Positions 38,101 through 53,468 of a stretch of DNA of 64,000 nucleotides are shown piece after piece. The notes under the pieces were generated by a model that did not search any database, was not told the DNA's origin, and worked only from the letters and a program-made list of their open reading frames with translations. The stretch spans positions 5,980,407-6,044,406 of the forward strand of contig MU058584.1 in NCBI GenBank assembly GCA_013265495.1, written 5' to 3'. The position numbers and the translations under genes are program-made. Each line of letters opens with the position of its first letter. Position 1 is the stretch's first letter. The stretch is from Vicugna vicugna (Eukaryota).

Positions 38101-41100
38101 CAATGACCAAATACTCAGGAAGAAAAAAAAGGGGCATGCTAAATAAAAGAGCACACAACAGAAAATGAAGTAAGAATCAGTTGGCTCCGATAATGCACAC
38201 ATCTCGTTCATCTTTGACTCCAGTGAAATGGTCAGTAAATGACATCACTGTGCCAACCACAAAGAAGAACTCCAGGCCCTCTGAAAAATATTTTTCAAAG
38301 CCCCAAGGAAACTTAAGCAGTCTCCGAAATTTTTTTCCAGTTTATGAAAACTGGATTCCTATAAAAGAAAAATGGACCATTTTTACTGTAACAAAAACTG
38401 ATTTGTAAAAGCTGGAAGCAGTTTAAAAATACTCAACATGAGGTTCTTGTTAGTCTTGAAAAGTAAGAGTTATAATAAAAAAACAGTCCAAAAATATGGT
38501 ATGGATACCTTGTATATAAGGGGAAAAAAAGGCTAGTTTTACTCCTATTATTTTTAATTAGCCTCAATAGCAAGTTCCACTTTACTTTATAACACCAGTT
38601 CAGATTTGGGGAAGGGAAGATTTACATGTGACCCTCTGGGAATGGCAACTCTATAGCTAATGCCTTGGATCCCTAATGTATTTTGCATTAACTCTAAATG
38701 TTGGGAAATTCCGGCGCCAAGACGTTCAAACTGAGAGTGACACGTGTTTAAAACCCAGGATTCGCTGTCCAACTGCCAGTATGTATTTCATCAAACATCC
38801 AATCTCCCTTGTAGGATAGGATGGATGAGTTTAGCAATTTTTACTGTTTCCAATTAAATTGCCTTGCTGTATCACAAAAGTGCAGATACTCATACTAAGA
38901 AGGACTCCTCGACCTGGATTTTAATAAGAAATACAATTTGAACTGTTTGAACAATCTCTAAATCTGACTCAGTTTCCCCATTTTAACAGATTTGTCCTAT
39001 TACTAAACATTGTCATTTCAGAAGAAACTGAAGACTTTTTCTTTGAACAAGTTAAAAAAAAAAACTCTTATCATACAAATTAGAAATTTATTCTTGACCT
39101 TACAGAAACTTGGGACCATCTACTTTACCTGAATCCCCTGAAACTGACATGTTAAAAACCCACAAAGCCTGAAAAGCCATAAGTACGGGCTGAAGAGCAT
39201 GCCACTTGGCACTGTCATACTGTTTCACATTCTCAAATTATTCAAAACAATAGTAATTATAAAAATTCACATTTTATACATTATTTTTTAGAATTATTGC
39301 TCCAATTACGTTGACACTGCTTGTTTATCAAAGACATATGATGAAGAACAGGGAAAGAATTTGTGAATCATTTGGACAATTTACCTAATTTAAAGAAAAA
39401 AAAACCCCTCAAAATAGGCAACATTCCCTGATTTTAAGGAATCAGCTTTTCCAATATCCAAGATTCAATCCAGACATTATTCTTTCATTGTTAACCCAAA
39501 TTCTTCATGTTGTTCATTAAGTCTGTTTATTCTTATCTTTACAGTGAAGATGAAGAATAAGTCCCACACCTTTTGTTTACACTTTTCAAAAAATATTCCC
39601 ATTTTGCTTAAAATCAATTACAGTGAAAATGTCAAAAGTATTATTCTAAGTCAATGTTATCTCATATAATAGGTTTTAAATTTACCCACTGAGTATCAGA
39701 AGCTTAAGGGTAGCCATTAGTTTAAAATGTCACATCTGGGACATTATCCATCAAAATTATTGTGCTAAAATATGTAAATAATCACACAGCAGTTTAAAAT
39801 GGTTAAATCTTTGAAGAATTAAAAAAAAAAGCCAGAGTTAAGATCCATGGTTTGCTTCTATCAAAAAAGAACATAAAAATCCTAATAAAAGACAATCCTA
39901 AACAACCAAAAATGATTGAAGAAAAGGAAGAATAAATGATTCTAGAGAAGGTCAATAAAACAGAATGTAGCAAGGAACAATTATGATTTTTTGGATATAC
40001 TGTAAGTTTTCATTGTATCTGCTAATAAAATTTAGAGTGTCTTTTTATTTGATCTGTTATCTACAAAAAAACTGAGGAAATTCATTGTAAATTATTTCTT
40101 CTGGAAATAAAGAGAAAATGATACTGTTACATGATTTAAGGTCTGAAAAATTACAAAAGACAAGAGATGAAAGACAACTTTCTCAGGGGAAGTTCTTTTT
40201 AAAGGGAAAAGAAATCTCAATTCAAAATGATTATAATAAATAAGCATATCACTTTTGATTTGAAAAAACATATAGTCTACAGTAAGTTTTATTAACTAAT
40301 CCTTTAAGCCAACATTACTGTGATATGTCTTTTATGATGTGAAAGAAGCTACTTAAACATTTTTACTGTTGAAAAGGAACTGAAGGTCAAAGGTAAGAGA
40401 ATTTTCCCAAAGTCATTTTTAAAAAACTTATTAACAGAACTGAGAAATGAAATCCTGAAATCTTTGGACACAGTACATAACTTAGTCACTGAGTATGCCC
40501 ATCTCTCAAAACATCTCTATTGCTTTATAAAAGGATCTTTTTAAAAAAATCAGAAATTAAAGATTTTGCTGAGTTGAACTCGTAAGTTCATTCTTTTGTA
40601 TATTCAATTTTAATGAAAATGTTCAGGTTCTTAAAGATCATGTAACTATATACATAATAAACAAGTCTATCTCAAATAAGTAATGCACGGTTAGTATCAG
40701 TCTGATTTCTTTAAAGCAGCAGTTTCTGCAGGAGATACAATAACAATGTTTTGTTCACAGTGAAACATGAATGGCAGAAAAATTAATCTAATAAATGCTA
40801 TCAGCAAAAATCTTCAGTATAAATATTGGGATTATATAACCAGATCATTTCTTCCTTTTCCAATTATGTTTTAGAAAACATTTGTACGGTGAATTGTCAC
40901 ATGATGGAGTAGTTATAATAATTAAACAGTCTCTATTTAAATAATTATAGCCAATATAGACAGAGATATAAGAAGTAATCAAATGCCACATACTTTCTGG
41001 TATTTAACCATGTTTAATTTTTATTTCGTAAGGCAAGGAGCTTTTTACCATAAAAATCCAGTACACCAATGAAATCATTTCTAAAGTGCTATTATTTATT

Positions 41101-41479
41101 TGAAGTTCACTAAAGACTACTGAACTGCATATAAGGTTACTGCATTTCATGAAATACTCCTATATTTTTCTACTATACTTTTAAGCTTTGGGTCACAACC
41201 ATCAGTAAGTTGTGAAATCAATACAGTGGGTTGAAATCTGTATTTCAAAAATAAAACAGAATAGAATAAAACAGAGCATATCATTGTACACTACTGATAG
41301 AATAATTACCATTTAAAACATTTTTTGTTTTACACATATGTATAGGTATATACATGTATATAAACAAATATGTATGTGTGCACTGGGTTGCAATATGAAA
41401 GGTATTTCTTAAAGGGGGTTGTGGTAAAAAAAAGCAAAACACTTAAAAGTTACTACAGTATCCTATGTGTCCTTCCAAA

Positions 41480-41750
41480 TTAGGCAGTATGTTATAATGA
41501 AAAGACCATAAGCTTTGGAGACCTATAGATATATATATATAGATATAGTTCAGACTTTCTTCTCAACCATCCTATGCATGTGAACCGGTTACTTAAATTA
41601 TTAAAGCCTTCATTTATTCATTTGTAAAATGTCTATAATAATACTTGCTTTAAAAAGTTGCTATGCAGGTTAGAATAAATATGATAAATATTTACAAAAT
41701 AAATTATACACACTAGATAATCATAATGGTTACAATAATTATTACTACTG
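41480..41750 (+). mobile_element. MIR SINE (diverged)
   Basis: ggcagtatgttataatgaaaagac...gttacttaa...cctt...catttgtaaaatg...ataata. Confidence 0.55.
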
Positions 41751-42588
41751 GATTAAAATGGCTTATTACAAGTGATGATTCAGAGTTATAGCACATTGGT
41801 TACAACTGTATGCTTTCAGTTAAAAAAATACATAAACATATCCTCCAAACAGAAAAGCTTATGTTAATAAAAAGTTTAATTTTAGAAGAGAAAATTAAAT
41901 CATTAATTTAAAGAAAAAATAGTCTTAAGGGCAAAAGCACCACGCCTATTCATTAGATCTTTTTAATGTGAAATTTCAACAGTCATTCTGAATTACAGTA
42001 TTACACCTCTAGGAATGATATGAAGGGGAAGCTATTGTTTACACTTTCTGGCAAGATTACAAAATCTATGACATCAGTAATGAAGCAGGATATCTGCTGG
42101 GGGGAACTTCATTATAATTGCACAATAATGCTGGCATGTCAGTTTTTTTTTTCTTAAATATTTTACTTGAATGCCATGCAGGGAGGAAAAAGTCTTTAAT
42201 CAAAGCATCAACTATCGAAAGTGATGTCAGTAACTGTTAAAATACATGTATTGCGTTGTTATTTTATATTATATTTTATTGGCTTTGGAAAAGACTTAGG
42301 ATACAACCTGAGCCATTAATTTGGCAAAAATACTGTCTATTTCAATAGACAGCCTGCATTTTCCAAAGTGAGGAAGCATATTATTTTTAGAACAGTGATC
42401 TTCATTTTTTTACATAGAAAATATGACTTCATAAGTTAATTTAGAATCAAATAAGCATATTCTTGAAAATATTCAGGATTTAAAAAAAATTCTTTAGTGG
42501 AAAAAGAGAAACGGGGAGTGAAGGGAATTTTAGTATTTCAAAAACAAAGGAAACACCATATATTAGATTTTTCTTGGAAGACTGTTTA

Positions 42589-42780
<192 letters not shown>

Positions 42781-45700
42781 TTAATCTGGAAAGAAAAATG
42801 TCAGTATGACATGCTGTTGTCTTTGGGAGTATGAACAGAAGACCATACATGCTTAAGTGTTCTTCCACAACAATGCAACACAACATTTGGACATTTATTT
42901 AGCATCTACTCTGTGGTAGTACTATTTAATTACAGAGATGAATAAAACAATCTCCACCTTAAAGGGGGTTATAGTCTTGTGGAGAAGATACAAAAAGATA
43001 AGGGGGGAGGTGAGGTAGGGAAAGACAGTAGAATTCTGTTCCAGGCTAAAGAAACAGAAATAGAATGAGTAAGGAAAGAGAGTTCTGAGACATTAAATAG
43101 CCTGGTATTGGTAAAGAGCAACACTTGGTATGTTCCACATTTTGTACCCAGACAGCTTCATTTGTGTATCATGATTAGGGAATTAGGTATTTCAAATAAA
43201 TGAATTTTTATATGAATTTTTAAGTGCCAAACTTTAAAACACACACACACACACAAACACACAAACAAGTTAGAGATCCTTGTAAATGTATTTTACATTC
43301 CCCACGTTTTAAAAAACTATACTGAACATAATTTAAATACTTCTTGATGACTCAATCTTCATTATAAGTATGAACTATTATACAGTAATGCCCTAGGTAA
43401 TTAGATATATTTGACTACCTATGCTAAATGGTTGCACTACTATGCTTTTTGAATACTTTGCTTATAAAGTGCTTCTTTTCCTAAATCTAAGTCTTTATTA
43501 TTACTTCTTGCTTATTTTAGAGTGATACTACTTTATCATTTGTTCCAATCATTGAATTCAGATAACTTACTTTCGATAGAATTATGAATAAGTTAAGAAT
43601 AAGAAGAATCTGAGAAAAGATCAAAGTGATGGCTTCAAGGGCTGTCCTATGTCTAGAAACAATATATTTTAGTATGTGGTTTCTATCATTTCTATTTGAA
43701 AAGCTCTGAGGCATTTTAAAGTTTCCTTTTCTGAAAGTATTCTGGGTTGTTAGGTGATCTCTAGACAAATGTTGGCTAGGTCATACCCACGACATTGTTT
43801 ATAAATTTGGCACATAGTAAGCAAATTATTCAGTGACCAGATGATCATTTTACACCTACCATATGCAATAACTCTTGCTAGGTCCTGTGGAAAACACAAA
43901 AAAGATTACAATACAAATTTCTGTTTTCAGGACTTTTAGGTTAAGTAAAATATAAAATAAACACTTAAGATGCAATTAAATAATACATACCATTAATAAA
44001 TGATATGCAACAGGAAGGAATACATGTACAAATGAGTGTTGGAGGCTGAAAAGTAAAGGATTTACTGCGTTCTGTAGGGATTAGAAAATCCTACTTGGGG
44101 AGGGAGGGATGCAGAGGTGTGACCTGAGACTTGACAGGCAGGTGGGAATTAAATGACAAAAGCTGTTTGAGGAATTAAGGGTACTAAAAATTGAGTAGAT
44201 GTTAAAATTCATACAGCTGGCAAATGAATATGTAAAAATAATCTATATTTCCATAAGACTCTTGTACTACTAATTTGTTACATATACATCCATTTGTTAC
44301 ATATCATATACTAAAGACTTGTATTATTATTTAATTGTTGAATCTTGTTAATAATATGTTTGGCATTTGCTCATTACTTTAGTAAATTTAAAATACTTAA
44401 GAGGTAGCTTAAAAGTATCTAATATTTAGTCCAGTTTCTATGTCCTCTAAGAGTTACAAATCCTATACCTCAAAAGACCAGCTATACACAGAGAAGTTAC
44501 AAAAAGTGTAATTATGGGAATGCTAAGACACCATTGGCTGAGAGTTAAGCAGCTAAAATAATTAACTTTCTATGGATCTAAGACTGTGAAAGTTTAGCTA
44601 AAATTAACAAGGTTAAGACCACAAAAATCAGTAAGTTCTCCTGTTAGAGTAAAACCAAATAATTGAGGATTGGGGTTTAAGAAATATGTCATTTTTAGAG
44701 GAACAAAGCTAAGTAAAATGCCAAAATAAAATGTACACCACACAAAGATATTCAGCATGCCAGTAGCATAAAAGATTCTAACACTCAAAAATATTAACAC
44801 ACAGATATAAATGCAACCATATTAAAAGATACCTGAATTATACTTTAAAAGTTTACATTACATGAAACATGACCTAGTGAAGTGAACCAGATGAGGAAGA
44901 AGTTAAATTAAAAACTGTCGTCTAATTCTCAGTATCTCCATCTTGATTTGGAACTCTTATTGTCTTCAAAGGGAAAAATGAATAGCAAAAGGATGAATGG
45001 AATACAGGGAACTACAAATGGGGATCTCATTAAATAGAGATGATACTAAAAAATATCTGAGTTTAAAGATTCAGCCAGAAATTCTATAAAGCCAGGAAAA
45101 AACTGGTTTAGTTATACAATAAACCCGATATTATGAGAGTAAAAAAAGAGTAAATTTATACTTCTGAACTTATTTTTAATAATCTTAGGACACTGCGTTC
45201 ATTCAGTGAACTATAGCTCCTACACTGTCCTTTACTGGCTTGACAATATTTAGGTAACTCTGTTATATGAGCAATCATTCTTCACTAGAAAGAGGTATAA
45301 AATTTAAATTATATTTTAAGTTAAATCTTCAACTGAAGCACTTCAACTTCTTTGGAACTATCTGTGCTTCTCAGCATTTCTGCATCCAAAGTTAATTCTT
45401 TTACAGAAATATTAAAAAGGAATCATGTGTTTCTGGTTACAAATTCCAGGTAAGGAGTGACCGTCTCAAGTTCCTACTGTAACCTGTTGTTTTGAAGACA
45501 CAACAAGGAACCATAAAATTTCATGTAACATTTAAATGACCAGAGAAAAACAGAAGACAGAGATGATAGATGCCAGAGCACTTGTAAGCTGTAGAGCATT
45601 ATACACATTTAGGTTATTAAATTATATGAAACCTTTCAGACCACAGTTATATAATACACCTTTTTGAGGTACTCCAAGTAATGATGATAAATATGATTAT

Positions 45701-48387
45701 GACTAAGATGGGGTATATATTGGAACAAAAATGAAATCAAAGCAAATTTACTACTAGCATAGGTAATTTATCAACCTTCTGATTTCTGAAACTCAGTTAA
45801 AAAAACTGGCTTATACAAAAGTAAAAAAATACAAAAAACTCAATATCTTCCTATATATTTTTACCTAAATAAATTTTATTTTTTAAAGTCAAATGTAAAC
45901 TGGACTCCTTGGTGAACTAGATAAAAGTGAAATCATGACTGTGTAGGAGAAAATAGGTATCAACAGTAGAGAAAATAAGAAAAAGAAATGACTAATATAG
46001 AGAAATCACAACTTATCTCGCTAAACCCAATAAGATACAAAGCATAAACACACAGGCAAATGAATATTATGGATTTACAATGATCCTGAGACAGAAATAA
46101 ACCATTTTAAATTAAGCATCATATTCTATAATATATTCACACATTAAACGCTAATAATAAAATTCACCACAACTAATAATGAAGAACAAAAAAGCAGTAA
46201 GTCATTTAGAAATGTGTAGTAGCAACACAGCTTTATAAATTGTAACACTCTTCCTCTGTGGGTAAAAGTTCTAAAGCAAACAGCATCATTTTCATGACAG
46301 AAAAGGAAATCAGTGACTACAGTCACAATAATTTTAGACTCTAAGAAAAAAAACTACCGTAACTATAAGGAGACGTTAGCTTCCTATTTCACATAACAAA
46401 ACAAAGATCTTTTTTAAGAATAATAGCAAGAAAGAAACAGATACATTTTGACATATTTAAGAGTTAGAAAATATAGAGGGCAATACTAATGATGAGGAAG
46501 TAGCTAATGCTATTTCATTTTTAAATAAAAGTTAAGACCAGGGAATCACTGGCCATTTAGCTTAACCTCTGTGTTTGAAAAGCTACTAAAGGTGCTTTTA
46601 TCAGAAGCAGCCTGAAGTTTCACGGAGATCCAGAGATTTCAATAAAATGGCTCAAGCATACAAACAAATCTGCAGTATCACAAATTTATCTTATGTTTCT
46701 GAAGATATAATTGCACACAATAAAAGACAAGAGACTGACATTATCTAGATTTCCATGATACATATCAGTAATACCACATTTATTCATTTAGTTGATGAAC
46801 TATTCCTGAAAAATGAAATAGGTAAAAAAATTAACTAAAAAAATACAGATGGCTTGATATGAGAACTGTATCTTTAAACTTAGAGCCATCTAATCTCTGC
46901 TGTCAAGTATCTACCATATCATCAGGCTATGGGTATTAAAAAAACAACAAACATGAGGATACCTAATGATAACATTTCACCCTTCAAATGCTTAAATATA
47001 TTTATTTTTCCATCTGCTGTGGCTGTTTCTAAATTTTGATATATAAAAATGTTTATGATTCAGATTTCTCACAAAAGTGTAAGTTGTACATTCTAATTAT
47101 GTAATATCTCCCAGAAAAATGCTAATGATTTTCATTTTAAGAGGTTAATTTAAATGAATTAATTTTGGAAATGTGGTATAATTTTTTAGAAATCTGTTCT
47201 GAAATTCTAGTTGTATTAAAACAAAAAAGTCAAATACTGAAATGGTTAAAAGTTTTACTTGATCTTGGAAACTGGTTATTCATTCACACTGAAAAATAGC
47301 TATCAATCTTCAAAGCAAGAAACATGATTCCAAGAAATTCTGATTTCTATTATCAAAAAAATTCATATCATATATATTTTACATCATGAATAGCTGAACA
47401 CGTAAGGAACAGCTGCTTGCCATTACTGAACTAAGAAATGCTGGTTGATTGAAATTAATGATCTACTCCATCTGGTTTGAAACACAAAGCAGTATTTCGT
47501 AACTACTGTAAAGTTCAGTTAGGAAGAAATCTATTTAATTTTCAAAGTAAAGCATCAGTTTTCCAGGGTTCAAGTATCTATATCAAATATACCAATAATG
47601 CAGTATTACAGGCAACATGTACAATACACAATTATGAAAACACATGAATGAAAACACAGTAGGAAAAAAAGTGAGCCATTGATTTTAAATTTAAAGCCAT
47701 AATTATTTTAAATGCTTTTTTATTTCCAACCTGCTACAAATCTTAATTAGAAATCCTTTCCTTCTTCTTGTCAACCAAACGAATTAAATGAAGTAATTAA
47801 TATTAGCAATAGTACAACAGATTAAAAGGCAGAATATGCAAAAATTTACCATTCTTAGTGCCAAAATCCCTAGAAAAAGGCAGGGTGGTAGAATCAACAA
47901 GGTTATAATATATGTAAGATTTTTGTAAAAATTAAATTTTACCTTGAAAATACTGGCAGAATTTAGAATGAAAAAACTATTGCTAAACAGTGTCTAAATC
48001 TTCGCAACCAACTATAGTCACCAAATAGGGGTTACTAGTTCAAAACTAAAGCAAAACCATGGCAAAATATGACTGTTAAAATGAAATATATTGGAAAACA
48101 ATCTATGAGTTAATAGATTGTACATTTAAATAAATGCAGAATAGAGAAAAATATAACACTTTCAAACAGAGGTCAGAAATCTTGAAGATGTCATTTTAAG
48201 TTATACATTCTAGAAAGTTATAAACTAAGAGCAATTAATTTTCCTGGTTATAGCCTTTTGTATGGAGGTCATATCAAAGACTAACCTGGAAAAACTAATG
48301 GTGAGTTAATAGATATGCCTGGTGTGTATTAATGTTATGTCTGAAATCATTAGCAGAAAACCATTTATATACAAAAGGAAGTGCTTA

Positions 48388-48663
<276 letters not shown>

Positions 48664-51600
48664 CTATTGAAAACAGTCAATTATTTTTATGTAAGCTTAT
48701 GAAAGAATTCCCTTGGCACTCAGATAGCAATACTTTTATCTTACAAGGAGAGAATTTGGGGGGAGGGAGCTTTGTTTGGATAAGGGGAAACATTAAAAAT
48801 ACCTGCTCAGAATTATTGTACACAATAATCAATAAACATCAATTAAATCCATATATTAAAGACATCTCTGTTTGGATTACCAATCGCTAATGGCAATGGC
48901 AAAACCTGGAAAAGTTCAAACTTCACAAATTCTTTATCTACGTATTACTAGAATTTAGGTATGCAAGCTGACTTCAATTTCCAAAGTTTTGTGGCTGTAA
49001 TTACTGTGGCACTAATGACCCGTGGTTAAGCATTAAAATTACATCTTTCACTATACCTTTTGGTTTAGATAACATTTTTCAGTAGGAAAAAAAGAGCACT
49101 ATTAAAATATTTCACCTAACAAATGAAATGGTTTACTACAAAAAACAAACAGCAGAATTTATTTCAATTTTGTTTCAACCACAAAATAATAATATCTTAT
49201 TTGGTCGTAATTATTTCTTTAAATGTCTCCTGCTTTGACCATGAACTCCTGAGGGGCAAGACTGTGGCTTCTTCACTGTATTCTGTAACCTCTGTTCACA
49301 GAGAACATCATTGGCAGATGTTTCTGAAGGACAAATAGGCAAGTTATTATAAGCTATGGCTGCACCTGTCTAGCGCCCTACTTTCTCCACAGGTTGTTAA
49401 CTTCTCACTAGTGTATTCACTTAACAGCTAATGGATAGTGCCCCTGATGGTGTAGATGGAAAAAAAAAGACTCCAGCCATTCCTCATCATCCTAATTCTA
49501 GGGTTCTTAGTTTTAAATTCCTCTGTCATATCTTTAACACTTTTGTTGAGTTATTTTTTTAAAAAGTTGGAAAGGTGCCAGACCATAGTACTGTCCACCA
49601 ATAGTTAAGATGGTCATGATGACTATGAGGTGGGCTAAACATACATTTTAGTTAAACGTTAAGCAATTTTCACCCAAAGCTAAGGCTCAAGTCAAAAACT
49701 GTCAGTACAGAAAGACTTTCTGGGAAGTAAGAATAAGTCTAAAATTTTATAATAAATGCAATTACTATTATTTAAAAATTTTTTCTTCTTAAATTTTGAA
49801 TTTCTCATTACTAGTATATCTTTTAGCAGCATCCGCGGTTAGACTATGTTCTACACTGTACATCTCTAAAACTGTATAGATGCTCCTTTTCAACTGAGGT
49901 TGGTGGAAGTAGAAGATATTTTTTGGCTATGGTACTGCTAAAGGCAATTTTGCCACCAAATTATTAAGCTTTCATTCTTTCTAATGGTTATCTATTAACA
50001 CTCGTATTAGTTATCAATTTATCTCCTAATGTAATTACTTAAAATTAAATTGTATAAAAGACCTATCATAAACATTAACTACTGCATTTTACTGAAAACA
50101 ATAAACATTTATTAATTCAACTGTTATATCAATTTTTAAATCACTGAAGATTTTTTATTCCATTACATCTACAGCATTAACCTACAGTGTTTGAAATTGA
50201 CAATTTAGCTATGAACAACAAATCTTAAATCCAAATGCTATATCTTCTGGGTATGGTTACAGTGATTAATAGATATGATAATTTATGCAAAGATCCAATT
50301 ACCGATCACATACATTGTTCTGAGAAAGTGAGATAATACACAAAAAGCATTTAGAAAATCTGTATTAAAAACAATGTTAGCCAACAGTGTTAACTGAAGA
50401 AACAGCTCTCTGAGTTAGGTACTGTAATTACTGCCATTTTATAATTGAGCAAATGATGCCCAGAACACTGAAGTAATTCGATTAAGTGTACACAGCTGGT
50501 TGTGGCTATTACAGCATTGCAGACCTAAGGCCAGCAATGTGGAAAAAGCAATTAAACACAGCACAAATGAACATTTGGCAGGATCACCTCAGAATGGATT
50601 CTTCAGTGAATGAGAATATATGAAATGACCTCCAATATCAACTTTCAGTTCTAAGATTCTATGAATGGGATGAATTGCTGACCAAGCAGTGATATGGGAG
50701 GAAGTAGCTCTTTGTCTTGTAAGTATATTCACATATTGTATTCTCAGTCATGTTCTCTGTGACCTGGCTGCACATAGGATGGTGATGGGGAAAGAGGAAG
50801 TTGAAAAAATAATAGCAGAGTAGTTGTTACAAGTAGTTCACTGGCTACAGATTTAAATGGTACACTCTGGGTTTCCAAAACTAAATAAAATACTTAGTGG
50901 TGCTAATTATACAATATTGGCATTTTGATTAGCTTCAAAATAATTTAGCCCAAAGGCTAAATGTAACTTTGAATTTCTTTAACTCATATGACTTCTCAAG
51001 TATATTTTCTGGTGGCATACATGTGCTCAAAGTTACCTGCAAAAAAAATTTGTCATATTAGAGGTGACCAGATAATTTAAGAATGATCCCATATTCTTAC
51101 AGAATAAGGAAAGGATGCATTAATTATCTGTTAAGGTAAAAAATTAATGCATAAACAAAAAGCAAAATGGTATTTTGGGCAAAAAATACTTCATACTAAT
51201 TGGCTTTTTTCCCTAGAAGCTAAGTCAGTTACAGGTCACCAAGACTCCTAGAATATGCCTTATAATACTAGAAATCTTATTAGATCTACATTAAAAATTG
51301 GAACTAATTTGAATGATACCATTTCTTTCATGAAAAGTAGCCTGTTCCACTTGGCAAGAGGTATAAAACTAACTTTCAATTTTCGTAGAAAAATTTTAAA
51401 TTTGATTATCTGAATGAAGAAGTTTCAAGAAAGATAGAAAAACATATGATTTGACTGTTCCATTACAATTTAAGCTCAAGCACAGGATTTCTAGTGTAAG
51501 AACAGAAGTTGAAACTGTCAAATGCCCAAAGCATATAAATATGGGGTTTGCTATTTCACTAAGAGTAACACTTGCCTCTTATTAATATCTGTTAAATGTT

Positions 51601-53397
51601 ACAGAGGTAGGTATAATTTTAAAAAGTAAATCCCCAAGCCACATATCCATAAAAAATGTATTTGGCCTAGTAAGTAATGCTCTGCACAAAGAAAAAAATT
51701 CACACTTTATTCTTTTGAGTTATCATCTCTACCTGTCTCATAAGCTCTCACTCTTCTAATTTAATAATAAAAATACATCTAATAAATGTAGAAATGTGCA
51801 ATATTTCTTCACAAATAGCCTTTCTAACTTAAGCCTTTTTATCACTCTTCAAACTTAATGCAATGTTCTTATTAATGAACCTACATGTACAAGCCTGATT
51901 TTTTTTTTAAGAGACTACCCACACTCCATTTGCCAGAAGTCCAAAGACACAAACCAAAAGTACTTATCAGCACCCATGACTAACTGTTGACACTAAAGCT
52001 TGACTTATGAGTGTCTTGGGAAAGCTGATTTTCCAGTGTAGTCAGTTAGCAAAGACCTAGCACCAGCTGTGACAAGACTAGCCTTACACTAAGTTATCAC
52101 CTTCTTTTCTTTTAAATCAGCTTATGACAGAGAAAATGCATAGAACCAGGGCATCTCTGAACAATAAGGCTAAAAAGTACAGTGGCAATGACACAGACTG
52201 TACTGTTGTTTTATTAAAAATAGTTTTATTCTGGCTTTGAAGTATCTTTGTACTATAAAATCACAGGCTTTCTTTTCTGTGACTAACATAATGAGTAACA
52301 CATACATTATTGTTTACAGGATCACAATGAAAACACTATGGTTGTCTTCACAGCTTTTCAGAAAAAAACAAAAACAAAAAAGTTTCTCCCTCAGGAAATA
52401 TGAAACAGAGTATGTTATTCCATACCAAGTTGAGTAATCATTTAAGATATAGAAAATTATGCTCTGCAAAAGATCCAAAAATGATTACAGATTCCTACTA
52501 CAGTGATCCACTACAATGACAAGTAGCATTTTCACAAAAAGGTGGCCTTGAGATTTAACAAGTACGGGTGCCTTTTTATTTTAGACCATAGCAAAGAAAG
52601 CGGCAAAAAACCTTGACCAAACAGTATCAAGGCTTTAAAGTCTCAAGCAGTTATAAGATGACTTTCTGAAAATATCTGGAGTTTTATGATTATAAAACTA
52701 TTTCCTTACTGAAAGTTGAAAGTCATAAAAAAAATACCCACAATACCTTTACCTTAGATAAAACCACAATAATTACTGGTATATAATCCTACCAGTATTC
52801 AGTGACTTTCTTAATTCTAATATTACCACTTAACTTTGGAAGATGTTTTAAAATATGTATTTTTAAAATATAGAGGCTAAGTATGAAAATCCTTAAGATC
52901 CTGTACTTGTGCCATAAATGTTTGCTCTAGTTTGTGATAATGCAGATATTTGAACGTTTACCAAAACAGCACCTTGGAATAAAGAATGTTATGAGGAACG
53001 CAGTATTTGTTTAAATACTTTCCTTTCTTTTTCCTTAATAGTAAATTCGTTAGACTCAAAAGAGAGTATCGTTTTGCTCTATGATGCTGTATTTTTGATC
53101 TTTGTGCTTCTGAAACATTGATTATTATGTACCAGACTTCTTTAAAAATGAAATATTTTAGCTCATGGCTGTTGAGAATGTACTTAGCAAGTGTAGCAAA
53201 TTAACAGGTTAGGACAGTGGTCCCCCAAATTTTAGATTTTAAGGAAGGGTTCAAAGCAAATTTGGGGGACTGATATTAAATGTAAATCAACTGCCACCTA
53301 CTACTATTGTTTTAGAAAAGAAAGGCCATTTTAAGACTAAAGATGTGTGAAAAATAACCTCAAAATAAAGATATATCTTCCCAACACTAAAATATTT

Positions 53398-53468
53398 TCT
53401 CTTTCTCTCTCCTCTGTCTCTGTCTCTCTCTCTCTCACACACTCACACACACACACACACACACACAC
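53398..53468. repeat. (CT)n-(CA)n microsatellite
   Basis: Seen directly. Confidence 0.95.
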
